Source: a virus
Lineage: Duplodnaviria > Heunggongvirae > Uroviricota > Caudoviricetes
Virus record (IMG/VR): IMGVR_UViG_3300027777_000022
DNA length: 64,000 bases
Strand: one strand, 5' to 3'
Shown: one piece after another, positions 54,700-64,000 of the stretch
Numbering within the stretch: the stretch's first letter is position 1
Layout: the number at the start of each line of letters is the position of its first letter
Notes under the pieces: generated by a model
Told to the model about the DNA's origin: nothing
The model's input: only the letters and a program-made list of their open reading frames with translations
Databases searched by the model: none
Program-made: the position numbers and the translations under genes

Positions 54700-55875
54700 T
54701 TAGAATTTTCCTTCTCGTGTGTGTTTTCTATAGTCTACACTCATACGCAGCATATCTTCTCCATTGCCCTGCATGATATCTAGCACACGATCGATTGTGC
54801 CGTTGTTGCGATCGCTAATCTGTCCCTGGCGTGGATGTTGCCAAGTCAGCAGTATTTCCAATTTGTTCAGTGCATCTTCTATGCTCCAGGGAACATAAAG
54901 CCTAGAATGGTCATTACTAAAAGTCTCAGGGAAACTACGATAAGCAGGGTATAAAACATTACACCCAAGACTATCTGCTTCTGAGACCGTGTTAGAAACC
55001 CAATCTTGAAGTGCGCAATTGAACACAACACGGCTATCGTTTACAATGTTGTAGTAATCGTTCTTTTCCAAATCTTCGTAGATTACCAATTTGCCTGCTG
55101 CTTGTAGATCACGTGTGCGTTGCATATAGCTTTCACTATTGCTTTTTAGTTTGCCACCACTGCATACTGCAAACTCCACAGGCAGACTGGGATGACGAGT
55201 GTGCCATGCTTCAATCAAGTCCATGTAGAAGTCTGGTTGCTTCTCTTGATCCCACCGTGCTGAAAACACCACACGTGATTTGCGTTCAGACCATGGCTTG
55301 ATACTAGACACACGTGATTGCACTTCTGCCTTGCCAAATGCCAATCCTGAAATATTATAGATCGGAGCCTGCCAACCTGCAATCTTCATGTGTGCTACCA
55401 TTTCTTCGTTTGTGGCCAGCACGCCATCTACAAAGGAGTCAACCATCTTTTCATAGTGACCCATCCAAGTAGACATACCCCAAACGTGTACAAAATCATC
55501 AGGGTCAATAGACTGAGCCAAACATCTGACAAAAATGCGAGGGCGCAAGTGTACTGGAATTTGATCCAAGATATACGGGAGGCTCTCAATTCCGGGTTGA
55601 AACATGTCTTCAAAGTAGACCACATCTTCATTGTTAATTTCTCCTGCTTTCATCATACGAACAAGATTCATCAGTTGACTCATGCCAAAGTATGTGCGAC
55701 CATGCGCATCTAATACTTGGCCTGTCACAATTGCTTGGTCGTTGCTGAGTGTTTCACCGGGCACTATGACATAGTCAATCTTGCGACGATCAAAAACCGC
55801 AGTATTCCAGTGTTGTAACTGTAGAGTGTAACGTGCTTTATAGGGCTCTAGGCCCATGTAAAACAGTTTTCTCAT
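54700..55875 (-). CDS. GT-B fold (GT4-like) glycosyltransferase candidate
   Basis: KSRVVFSARWDQEKQPDFYMDLIEAW and ...SEADSLGCNVLYP resemble the GT4 C-terminal donor-binding region. Confidence 0.35.
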   Translation of the reverse strand: MRKLFYMGLEPYKARYTLQLQHWNTAVFDRRKIDYVIVPGETLSNDQAIVTGQVLDAHGRTYFGMSQLMNLVRMMKAGEINNEDVVYFEDMFQPGIESLPYILDQIPVHLRPRIFVRCLAQSIDPDDFVHVWGMSTWMGHYEKMVDSFVDGVLATNEEMVAHMKIAGWQAPIYNISGLAFGKAEVQSRVSSIKPWSERKSRVVFSARWDQEKQPDFYMDLIEAWHTRHPSLPVEFAVCSGGKLKSNSESYMQRTRDLQAAGKLVIYEDLEKNDYYNIVNDSRVVFNCALQDWVSNTVSEADSLGCNVLYPAYRSFPETFSNDHSRLYVPWSIEDALNKLEILLTWQHPRQGQISDRNNGTIDRVLDIMQGNGEDMLRMSVDYRKHTREGKF

Positions 55876-56096
55876 GTGCGATATCCTGCCAAGCGACGAG
55901 TATCCTCATCCCACATGTTCTTGGCTGGCTTGCCTTGAGTGTGTTTGTTGAATTGTTGGAATGCATAACTGCGGAAGTTATACAGGTCCGACTCGTTGAA
56001 CTTGTATCCGTAGTCCACGCAGAACTCACGATACTGCTCCAGGTCCTCCAGAGTTTGTTCAGCACGGGGATTGTGTTTGATGATGACTTTGGCCAT
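55872..56096 (-). CDS. hypothetical protein (74 aa)
   Basis: ORF in the co-directional operon. Confidence 0.35.
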   Translation of the reverse strand: MAKVIIKHNPRAEQTLEDLEQYREFCVDYGYKFNESDLYNFRSYAFQQFNKHTQGKPAKNMWDEDTRRLAGYRT

Positions 56097-56107
56097 GATA
56101 TTTCCTA

Positions 56108-56563
56108 TTAGAGTTTGATAGATTGATAAGGTTGCAGGACATTGTACACTATCACAGCACCATTTTCACCGTCTTCGCTCACGTTGATAATGATGCTGCG
56201 ATCTGGATAACGAGCAGCAATTTGCTCATATAGATCGTCACTGATCATTTCACAACTCTTGTGATCGAGTTCCAGTGTGCCATTGGCATAGAGATTTTCT
56301 AGCCAACGCTTGAACTGAATGAACTCAATGTCACGGTCGTTGTGAAATACTTGCACAGTTACTTCAAAGTGAAACATGTGTCGATGCGGGCTTGCTAGGA
56401 AACTCACATCATATTCATCGCCTGTGGCCAGCGCAGGGTCTGTAGCTGCTGCTGGATAGCAATGGATGCCTTCCTTTTGAAATCGCACAAAGATGGTTCT
56501 AAAAGCCTTATCTTTGATGCGTGTTCGGGTTTCTTCAAGTGCTTGTTGTTGTTGCTGTATCAT
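56108..56563 (-). CDS. hypothetical protein (151 aa)
   Basis: ORF in the DpdA-proximal block. Confidence 0.4.
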   Translation of the reverse strand: MIQQQQQALEETRTRIKDKAFRTIFVRFQKEGIHCYPAAATDPALATGDEYDVSFLASPHRHMFHFEVTVQVFHNDRDIEFIQFKRWLENLYANGTLELDHKSCEMISDDLYEQIAARYPDRSIIINVSEDGENGAVIVYNVLQPYQSIKL

Positions 56564-56569
56564 AAAATA

Positions 56570-57130
56570 TTATTCCAAAGTAAAAAGATTAGAAAAAGTA
56601 GATCGAGACATGGCCTCAAGTTTCTTCATGGCACCATCAGTAAATCTAAACTGATATGACCTAGGTCCGTCGGCCATGCGTTCAAAAAACCCATAGTAGC
56701 CACCCGAGACATAATTACGTTGATCACCGTCGATGATTTTTTGTCTAGCTACTTCGTAACATTTTTCAATTTTTTCTTGTATATGTGGTGCTGAAAAATC
56801 GTATACTTCAGCCGAGACTATGATTTGATCTCTGGACTTGATTCGATATTGTTGTTGTAATTTGTGATAGATCGTGGATTTTTTATACGGGGTTGATTTA
56901 ATATTTCTAGCAGACATTGTACCAACTGTGTGTGCCGAAGTAGCGTCGAGATCTCTTGTTTTGACTTCAAAATCACATTGTGGTATATCTGCCCCTGGGC
57001 CATTGGATAAAGGAACTCCTCTCTTGATCAGTTTCTTTTCGCCGTCTCGTCCCGACGCACCGCCAAAGGTTGGTGCAATAGATTCTCCCACAATGTTCAC
57101 TTTGAGATGAGTGATCTTGGGTTTCTTCAT
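56570..57130 (-). CDS. hypothetical protein (186 aa)
   Basis: ORF in the DpdA-proximal block. Confidence 0.4.
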   Translation of the reverse strand: MKKPKITHLKVNIVGESIAPTFGGASGRDGEKKLIKRGVPLSNGPGADIPQCDFEVKTRDLDATSAHTVGTMSARNIKSTPYKKSTIYHKLQQQYRIKSRDQIIVSAEVYDFSAPHIQEKIEKCYEVARQKIIDGDQRNYVSGGYYGFFERMADGPRSYQFRFTDGAMKKLEAMSRSTFSNLFTLE

Positions 57131-57663
57131 AATGTTTCGTCCTTGGTATATTTAGACCAGTCAGTAAAGTGGTCTCGATTTTGTAGTTCATGTATGCTGT
57201 GACACCAAACGCCTGGGTTGGTAGCAGCAAAGTCTCGATCGTCCAGCTTGAGAGTGGCATTGTATCCCAACTGACGGATGTAAGGCAGCTTGACAGAGAT
57301 CATTGGAATAAAGTTGTGATATTCAACAAGGGCAGATTCTAACAAGCCCTCAACGCAGTTGACATCTATGTCTAACGTACACAGGTATCCTTTTTGTAAA
57401 AAGGGTAAAATCATATTTTCCCATTGTGTCCACTTCACATAATCGTTAGTGCCGATAGTTGGAAAGCTCTGATTGGCACCAAAATAGATATGCTTGATAT
57501 GTGTTGACTTGTTTTCGTAACTGGCAAAGTCATCAATCCAATCTTGGATTTCTTGCACAGATTGTACACCTACTACAAACAATGTTTGTTTGCCCAATGC
57601 TGGTGTGTGTTCTACTTCAATTCCGGTGAAGAATTTTACTTCTTCGTGACCTTCTCGGTTCAT
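57127..57663 (-). CDS. hypothetical protein (178 aa)
   Basis: ORF in the DpdA-proximal block. Confidence 0.4.
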   Translation of the reverse strand: MNREGHEEVKFFTGIEVEHTPALGKQTLFVVGVQSVQEIQDWIDDFASYENKSTHIKHIYFGANQSFPTIGTNDYVKWTQWENMILPFLQKGYLCTLDIDVNCVEGLLESALVEYHNFIPMISVKLPYIRQLGYNATLKLDDRDFAATNPGVWCHSIHELQNRDHFTDWSKYTKDETL

Positions 57664-59204
57664 ATTTGATCCTGTTCAAGTTGTTGTAATGCTTGTGAGT
57701 TTAACAGATCTTCAGGGTCAGAGTCAACCTCTACCACATCAAAATGAACATTAAACATGGTGTTGGCGTTCACAGTCTTTTTACCTTTAAACCCACGGGT
57801 TCCCGGAATATCCATCCAGTAGTTACGATAGTGGTGAATAAGATTTTCTGACTCTTCACGGTCGGATGTGGCAAAGATTGCCTCTACAATGTCCTCAAAC
57901 TTTGCATGATCACCGTTTTGATTCCACAACATTTGAGGCCACGAACCCGAATCAAATGTTCTATTGGCACGTTGCACTGCTTCTAAATGGGTCCACACAT
58001 TGTGCCCCATTAGTAGTGCATACGAAAACGAATCCCAAGAGGTCTTGCCTTCTTTACCAATCTTGTTTAGATCGCCGGGTTTGTAGATGCATATATCCTT
58101 CATGGTCAAAAGCTGACTGAGTGGACTTTCATCAAAGTGATCAACCAAGCCATCTGCTACCACAGCCTGGCCGTAGGGTCTTGTGTCTGTGCTGTATTTC
58201 TTGTTATCAGCAATAGGACTCATTCTATAGCACCACTTGCCATCATGTGGCAAGTCAATCTGATGATATACTTGACCATTGGCAGTGGCCAGGAATGGAC
58301 TGGCACAATCAAACGATATGGTAAAGTCAGGGTTAACATATTTCCTAACAGCACGTTGGATCACTGTAAGCAACACAGCCCATTCCAGCTTTGATGTACC
58401 CAAGAAGTGCATCCAATCGTGCTTGCCCTGTTGCAGCAAATTGTCATGCCGTAGCGCCACAAGACGTTTGAGCACAAGATGTACATCACACATGTTCTGT
58501 CCACCCATTGACCAGCCATCAAAGTGTGTGTTAGGGTACTTGGCAGGATCGCAAAAGTCCTTCATTTCTTGATACCATTGTTCTGCTGAGGTGTGATTGT
58601 CACCTTGCAACACGTTCAAGAACTTGGCACCACCGTTTTCTTTGCCCCGGCGGTTGGCCATGAAGTATTCATTGTTGAACTTGGTAGCATCCACAGCTTC
58701 TTGCAGCGTGTTGATCTGGCAGGCTCGTGATGCCTTCTTGTCATGGATTACCCAGGTAGGAATATCCAAGATCATGCCATAATCACTCACGCTGTCAAGC
58801 CAAGCAAGAACAGCAGCACGTTTCTTTTGTGCTTTGGCACAACCTGAATTGGCTTTCCAATCACCTTCCCACAAGCCCTTGGCAATCTGGAATCCTCCTG
58901 AGTCGCCCAGCATAAACGTTCCGGGTTCACGATTGCGAACCATATCTTCGGACCAGTCCTGCTTGGAGAGATCTAGGTTGGCATGCCCACCTGAATACAA
59001 ACTCCAGCGATATGGAAACAATGCTTTTTGACTATTAAGCCAGTTCATCATTTCCATGTCAGTGAGCCCAGCTGGCATGCGGGCAGGATCTACATATGGA
59101 CCATTGCGTTGCTTGCCTACAAAGGTAGCATAAAATCCAGAGATTGCTGGCAGAAACACAGCATAGTCATTCTGCTTGGCTGTGAGATTGTCTTGGTTGA
59201 TCAC
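57660..59204 (-). CDS. dpdA: TGT-superfamily transglycosylase, DpdA-like (7-deazaguanine DNA transglycosylase candidate)
   Basis: FMLGDSGGFQIA (TGT DSGGFQ catalytic-Asp motif), NVLQGDNHTSAEQW (TGT QGG region) and HFLGTS (LMGVG-like). No CxCxxC...H zinc site as in tRNA TGTs. Same operon as folE-queD-queE. Confidence 0.55.
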   Translation of the reverse strand: MINQDNLTAKQNDYAVFLPAISGFYATFVGKQRNGPYVDPARMPAGLTDMEMMNWLNSQKALFPYRWSLYSGGHANLDLSKQDWSEDMVRNREPGTFMLGDSGGFQIAKGLWEGDWKANSGCAKAQKKRAAVLAWLDSVSDYGMILDIPTWVIHDKKASRACQINTLQEAVDATKFNNEYFMANRRGKENGGAKFLNVLQGDNHTSAEQWYQEMKDFCDPAKYPNTHFDGWSMGGQNMCDVHLVLKRLVALRHDNLLQQGKHDWMHFLGTSKLEWAVLLTVIQRAVRKYVNPDFTISFDCASPFLATANGQVYHQIDLPHDGKWCYRMSPIADNKKYSTDTRPYGQAVVADGLVDHFDESPLSQLLTMKDICIYKPGDLNKIGKEGKTSWDSFSYALLMGHNVWTHLEAVQRANRTFDSGSWPQMLWNQNGDHAKFEDIVEAIFATSDREESENLIHHYRNYWMDIPGTRGFKGKKTVNANTMFNVHFDVVEVDSDPEDLLNSQALQQLEQDQI

Positions 59205-59923
59205 TTGGTTTGTGCAGGTAAAATGTAGTTGTAAACAGCCATACCAGAGTCAACAGTGATCTGCATACAGCCGTCATCGCTAATTTTCATGGTCTTGTCG
59301 CCAACCAAGCCCAAGATACTGATCACTTGTGCAACAGGCCATGACCAAGTGCGCTTGAGATTGCCAGTTACATCATGTTGAAACACAAAGTTACCGCTGT
59401 GTGTGGAATGATCTCCAAAGAAAAACTTTAGATGGTTATCTTCAACTTTGATTTGAAAGTTGACTTCTTCTAAGTTAGCTTGCCACTGCATTTTCAAACG
59501 TTGGATAGCTGCTACAGTAGGTTCAACTGTGACATGCCACGGCACACCTTTGAATTTGATATTCTGAAGTTTGACATTCACAACTTCACTGGCCATAAAC
59601 CTATAGTTGTTACGGAAGTCACCTGCTTTGTTTTCAAAGTTAATGCCATCTGGTTCACCGTTTGTTTTGTGTGTGATAGTCAACTTGGCATCTTCTTTGT
59701 ACTCTTGCAAGTTGATCAAGGTCTTGATCTTGCCAAGATTGGGCATACCAAAGGTACCAATAAAATCAGCAACAGGGTTGGCAAATTGTGCTTCCACAAT
59801 AACCGAATTGTCGGCAGCTAGCCCGTTTACTGAGGTGGCAGCATCGGTGCCAGTAATTTTGATCAAGTCGATACAGCCAAGATCAAATGTGTGTTGTACT
59901 AGGTCTAAGAGATTGTCTTTCAT
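59201..59923 (-). CDS. hypothetical protein; possible gp45-like sliding clamp
   Basis: About 240 aa, adjacent to the DNA polymerase; weak resemblance to the T4 gp45 N-terminal region. Confidence 0.25.
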   Translation of the reverse strand: MKDNLLDLVQHTFDLGCIDLIKITGTDAATSVNGLAADNSVIVEAQFANPVADFIGTFGMPNLGKIKTLINLQEYKEDAKLTITHKTNGEPDGINFENKAGDFRNNYRFMASEVVNVKLQNIKFKGVPWHVTVEPTVAAIQRLKMQWQANLEEVNFQIKVEDNHLKFFFGDHSTHSGNFVFQHDVTGNLKRTWSWPVAQVISILGLVGDKTMKISDDGCMQITVDSGMAVYNYILPAQTK

Positions 59924-61110
59924 TTTTGGGTCCTTTTAAATAATTTTCTCAATTGGTCTTCTGAAAAGTTTTGTTGTTCCAGATATGTGTCTATAGTTTT
60001 TCGAACTTTTTTGATATTGTACACACGCTTGGTAGTAGCATTTGAAATATCCACAGCCAACATTCCAGCCAGTTTAACCAATTGATCTAAGTCTAAACTA
60101 TTATAGAGTTGTTTGACAGGAATGTCAACTGCTTCTGGTAGAATTTCTTTTGCCATTACCGGTTGAGATAACACTGATTTTGTAAAAACTCCAGCTAAAC
60201 ATTGTCCACCTCGAATACTGGTCAACGATCCAGGTTTCTTTAATTCTACCCATGCACTGGCAGCATCAATTGTTTCTTGATGAACAATTTCATATCCCAC
60301 TTGCTCTGCGTATTCATATATCAATCTTGCTGGAGTATAGCAGGAAAAATAATGTTCGGTCAATGCTACTCCACCTTGCTGATCGCAATCATTGAAACTG
60401 AAAAAAAATGTTCCACCGGTGCGCAGCAATCCAAATACCTCCAACAGATATTTTTTTATAACCTCCAATGGGCGGAAATTAAAGTAGTCAAATCCGTACA
60501 CCAATCCAAATTGCTGTTGTGGTAATTTTTCAAATATAGGTTGATCGTTGAATTCATCAATCACATAACGTCGTAATCTACGTTGATATTCAGGAGGATA
60601 TTGACTAGTAGCAGGAGAAATTAGATCTTCATGAGTATCTACAAAATACATAGGGTCCAGTGCTACCAGATCTTCTACCCAAGGGCTGTGTGAAGGTCTA
60701 ATTACCATGCCGGGATATTTCCAATTAGAGTGGGTTCGCAATCTACTACGCAATTGCAATTTCTTAGCTGGGTCTATAGTTCGAATTCTTTGCAAAATAT
60801 ATTCGGGAGTTTCATTTTCTTGCATAGAGTGATACAGGTTGGTGCTGTTTTCAAAATATACAGATTCATTTTGTTTGATCAACTCCTGAACAGCTTGGCG
60901 TATGTTGTGCAAAACATGATCATATTGCTGTAGATCCAGTTTGACTTGATGTTGGGTTGCAAGTAATTCATTGGTCAACTGTGCAAATTGTATTTGATTG
61001 TGTTGTATCACATAACTGATCTTGGCCAGTTCGGCATTGACTACCACAGCTGATTCTACACCAAGTGTGTCTAAATGATTGAGATATCCAACTATGCTGC
61101 TGAGCGTCAT
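59920..61110 (-). CDS. hypothetical protein (396 aa)
   Basis: ORF between polymerase and putative clamp; no Walker A motif, so it does not look like a clamp loader. Confidence 0.45.
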   Translation of the reverse strand: MTLSSIVGYLNHLDTLGVESAVVVNAELAKISYVIQHNQIQFAQLTNELLATQHQVKLDLQQYDHVLHNIRQAVQELIKQNESVYFENSTNLYHSMQENETPEYILQRIRTIDPAKKLQLRSRLRTHSNWKYPGMVIRPSHSPWVEDLVALDPMYFVDTHEDLISPATSQYPPEYQRRLRRYVIDEFNDQPIFEKLPQQQFGLVYGFDYFNFRPLEVIKKYLLEVFGLLRTGGTFFFSFNDCDQQGGVALTEHYFSCYTPARLIYEYAEQVGYEIVHQETIDAASAWVELKKPGSLTSIRGGQCLAGVFTKSVLSQPVMAKEILPEAVDIPVKQLYNSLDLDQLVKLAGMLAVDISNATTKRVYNIKKVRKTIDTYLEQQNFSEDQLRKLFKRTQK

Positions 61111-63773
61111 TCGAATGAAAACAAACTGGTAAATGTATTTGCTGTGTTGGTACTAGATTGTAAGTCCCATCCTAGCACACCCAATAGATTGTCAATCTTC
61201 TGGTCCACCACTGTGGCTTCCATGTTGGCATCATCAAACGGCAGTTCTTTGAACCATGTTGGCAAATGATGTTCGTCTGTGGGGTATCCAACACTGGTCC
61301 ATCCTAGTGCGTTGCTCTTGAGCTTGCACACAATGGTCTTCATACCATCCACAATCTGCATGGAGTAATTGTCAGAGTTCATGCGTCGCAGAGTGTTCCA
61401 GTTCAGAGCAGCTCGCACATGGCCGGGCATGTTAGACTTGCCATTCTTCTGTTCTAGATTGCCGTACTTGGTCAAGTTGTTCACACGCTTGGGTGAACCT
61501 TTTTCCCAGCCCGGACGATCAGTAAATCTGTATTTGAATTCTCTGATAGATTCCACAATTTCTTCTCTTTGTGTTCCTGTTAGTACCTTATTTAGAAGAT
61601 CGCTGAGGAACTCTTGAATAACCACAGGAGTATCACTGCGCTTGAGATCCAGGCCCATGGCCTTGACTTTGCCCGGCTTTCCATTCACGTCCACACGTTT
61701 GTTTTCTTTGTCGATGTACAACACCGCATAACGCTTTTTAGTAATGAACAAACCAGTACGTGCTACAATTTCTCGTCCACCACGGATAACTGATCCCATG
61801 TCTCGTGGACAATGAAAAGCCTGTTCCATAAATCCTGGAAAACTATCATTAACTTGATCGGCTATGGAGTTGTACAATGCAATACAAGTCTCTGCAGACC
61901 ACTCCATTCTCCCATCTTCAACTTCGGCTTGTATCATGGGCCAAGCCGAGAAGTAACAAGAGTCTGTATCACCGTAGATGATACTTTTGCCACTGTGATC
62001 ATATTCGCCTGTGATGCATTCATTCACATAAGCATCCATGTGCTTGGCAATTGTACGACCCACAAGGGTAGTTGATTGTCCAATACGTTTGTCAAAAAAT
62101 CTACAGCCCGAATTCAAGATAGCACCATACAAACTGTTCAAGTTAATCTTCTTGACCAGTTGACGTTTGTCCCAGTATTCAAACTGCACATCGTCTCGGC
62201 CTTCGAACTCTCGTGCTTTCTTCTGCATCTCTTTACGTTCAGCATACCAGCGTTTGAGCAAGCCCGGTATTACACCTTCTTTTTCATAAGTGAAGATAGT
62301 ACCATTGGCACTGAGAATCCAAGGTTGATTGGAATCAAACAGCATCTTCCAAATTTCAGACGCTGAGTGAACAGATTCCTCACCGTCTTGCCAGTCTATT
62401 GTGATCTCTGTTCCACGTTGCTGTTCCATCACGGCTGTGTATTCAAGACTGGCAAACAATCCTTCCCATGCAGCAGCAAAGCTATCGCCTTGCGCTATCT
62501 TGGTCCGGATTAGATTATCAGTTAATACAGGACGGAGTTGACCAACAATGGTTTCTGGACCCATGTTAAGGGCCCGAATAGCACTGGGATAGAGCGAGTT
62601 GATGTCAATACTACCAATCCAGTTGTGGATTCCTTTTTTGGGGTAAGCAACATAGGCACCTGCGGCTTGCGTTTCTTCATCTGTGAATCTTTCTTTACGG
62701 TTAGGAACTACCATACCACGTTCGTGAGCTTCAATAATAATAGCTTGCTCAGTCACAGCCACTGCACCCATTGTGGTTTGCAGTAACACAGTATTCTCAT
62801 GTGCCAGGGTATTGGCCAAGCTAAGAAATTTTAATTTTTTATCCAGCTTACCAATCAGCATTGTGTCCTGGCGATTGTAATCAATAAAGATCTTGAAGTT
62901 TTGGTTGTACAACTGATCCAGTGTGCCTTCAAATGCAGTCTTGCGACCAATTTCTTCGTATTCGCCAATGGCGTCTAGTGCATAGCTATGACGCTCTTCA
63001 TAAGTGTACTTGCGATACAATTGCATATAGTCCATATGCACTCGCCCTACCAAATCATAAGTTTGATTCTCTGCACCAAATCGTTCAAACATACGTGGCT
63101 TAGGAAACTGGTTCCACAAACACATACGTCTAGTGTCATCTTTGCTGAGCACTCTGGTAATGCGATTCACTGTGTAAGGAATGTCGTAACCTTCTGAATT
63201 CCATCCAGTAAGAATGTCTGCATCTTCAATCAGATCCAAGAAGGTGTTCAACATGTCTGCTTCTTTTTCAAACATAAAGCAGTTGTCAAACTCTGCTGCA
63301 ATCTCTCTTGCAGTTGCCATGCTCATGTGGCGCGGGGGTACAGCCAGAGTCACAATCTGATCCAACCAATCCATGTATACTGAAATAGCAGTGATTGGAT
63401 TGAACGGATCAGTCACTGGTGAGAAACCACGTTCAGGATCAAAGTCTACCTCAATGTCATAAAATGCTGTGTGTAACTTTGGTCCATCTTGGCCTTTGTA
63501 GTTGTCCTCAAGACAACGAAAGATAGGATTGATGTCTGACTCGTAGATTTTCTTAGAGGAGTGCATACGCACTTCCTTGCGGAACTCCTTGTTGTTGCGC
63601 GAGGAAAATCTACTTACAGGCGTGTCGTATATGCTGCGAAACTTGCCTCGTGGGTCGTCATAGTAAAGCACATAGTTGGCTGGGTACTCTTGGTATACCC
63701 GTCGCCCATCTTGGCGTTCAACAACGTGAATTCGATCGTGTGCTCGATCATAAAGTGCGTCAACGTAACTCAT
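61107..63773 (-). CDS. family B DNA polymerase (T4 gp43-like)
   Basis: YGDTDSCYF (motif C), SLYPSA (motif A) and N-terminal exonuclease region; 888 aa. Confidence 0.88.
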   Translation of the reverse strand: MSYVDALYDRAHDRIHVVERQDGRRVYQEYPANYVLYYDDPRGKFRSIYDTPVSRFSSRNNKEFRKEVRMHSSKKIYESDINPIFRCLEDNYKGQDGPKLHTAFYDIEVDFDPERGFSPVTDPFNPITAISVYMDWLDQIVTLAVPPRHMSMATAREIAAEFDNCFMFEKEADMLNTFLDLIEDADILTGWNSEGYDIPYTVNRITRVLSKDDTRRMCLWNQFPKPRMFERFGAENQTYDLVGRVHMDYMQLYRKYTYEERHSYALDAIGEYEEIGRKTAFEGTLDQLYNQNFKIFIDYNRQDTMLIGKLDKKLKFLSLANTLAHENTVLLQTTMGAVAVTEQAIIIEAHERGMVVPNRKERFTDEETQAAGAYVAYPKKGIHNWIGSIDINSLYPSAIRALNMGPETIVGQLRPVLTDNLIRTKIAQGDSFAAAWEGLFASLEYTAVMEQQRGTEITIDWQDGEESVHSASEIWKMLFDSNQPWILSANGTIFTYEKEGVIPGLLKRWYAERKEMQKKAREFEGRDDVQFEYWDKRQLVKKINLNSLYGAILNSGCRFFDKRIGQSTTLVGRTIAKHMDAYVNECITGEYDHSGKSIIYGDTDSCYFSAWPMIQAEVEDGRMEWSAETCIALYNSIADQVNDSFPGFMEQAFHCPRDMGSVIRGGREIVARTGLFITKKRYAVLYIDKENKRVDVNGKPGKVKAMGLDLKRSDTPVVIQEFLSDLLNKVLTGTQREEIVESIREFKYRFTDRPGWEKGSPKRVNNLTKYGNLEQKNGKSNMPGHVRAALNWNTLRRMNSDNYSMQIVDGMKTIVCKLKSNALGWTSVGYPTDEHHLPTWFKELPFDDANMEATVVDQKIDNLLGVLGWDLQSSTNTANTFTSLFSFE

Positions 63774-63964
63774 TTATCTCCAATTATGGCTGGTCGGCCG
63801 TGATTCATGTTCGTAAAGTGACTAAAAATCTCATAACTATCATCTAATAGGTCAAGTTGTGTGATTGACCAACCGCGTTCTAGTGAAAATGCATTTGAAA
63901 ACGTACTGCTGGCATTTTTATTTATAGGCAGATAAGCAATTTTTTCATAGACCCTTACTTCCAC
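63770..63964 (-). CDS. hypothetical protein (64 aa)
   Basis: ORF whose stop overlaps the polymerase start codon. Confidence 0.3.
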   Translation of the reverse strand: MEVRVYEKIAYLPINKNASSTFSNAFSLERGWSITQLDLLDDSYEIFSHFTNMNHGRPAIIGDK

Positions 63965-64000
63965 GTTTAGAATCCTTTTTGTAGAAGTAATTTTATCAGT

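Noticed and set aside
1-64000. CRISPR arrays, integrases, transposases or attachment-site repeats
   Set aside because: No regularly spaced direct repeats, recombinase or transposase motifs were seen. The window looks like a lytic phage genome interior, not a prophage or bacterial mobile element.

Overview
This window reads as a densely packed, almost entirely minus-strand segment of a large virulent (T4-like/jumbo-type) phage genome with about 42% GC. I recognised a family B DNA polymerase (YGDTDS motif), a T4 rnh-type RNase H/flap endonuclease, a MazG-like pyrophosphohydrolase, a possible gp45-like sliding clamp, HNH and GIY-YIG endonucleases and an Rnl1-type RNA ligase. The window has three notable blocks. 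(1) A very large tRNA array of roughly 35-38 tRNA genes, all on the minus strand, reading codons for all 20 amino acids. The array is interspersed with near-consensus sigma70 promoters (TTGAC[AC]-N17-TATAAT), which recur at least 14 times across the window. (2) A 'glycan/cell-surface' accessory block in the first 20 kb: a methyltransferase-GT9 heptosyltransferase fusion, a GT25-like enzyme, an HAD-phosphatase/sugar-1-P nucleotidyltransferase fusion, a GDPD-like protein, SGNH hydrolases and a B12-binding radical SAM enzyme. (3) A co-directional operon of about 19 kb running from the DNA polymerase into a 7-deazaguanine (preQ0/CDG) pathway: FolE, QueD, QueE and a TGT-superfamily DpdA-like DNA transglycosylase, together with a phage-encoded SAM synthetase (MetK). 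Embedded in that pathway are a SAM methyltransferase, a B12-binding radical SAM enzyme, two paralogous GT-A glycosyltransferases, a GT-B-like protein, an NAD-dependent sugar epimerase, a DegT-like fragment and a HIT hydrolase. No QueC lies adjacent. I read this third block as a candidate novel DNA hypermodification system built on 7-deazaguanine. Other notable accessory genes are an RNA polymerase omega (RpoZ) homolog, a TctA/TctC tripartite transporter pair, a second RNA ligase (Rnl5/DraRnl-like) with a Pnk-like kinase and a metallophosphoesterase (tRNA repair kit), an HD-domain SpoT-like hydrolase, a rubrerythrin with a separate rubredoxin-like ORF, and an SPFH lipoprotein. All function calls come from motifs read by eye, without database searches. 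Coordinates of tRNAs and promoters are hand-derived and may be off by a few nucleotides.
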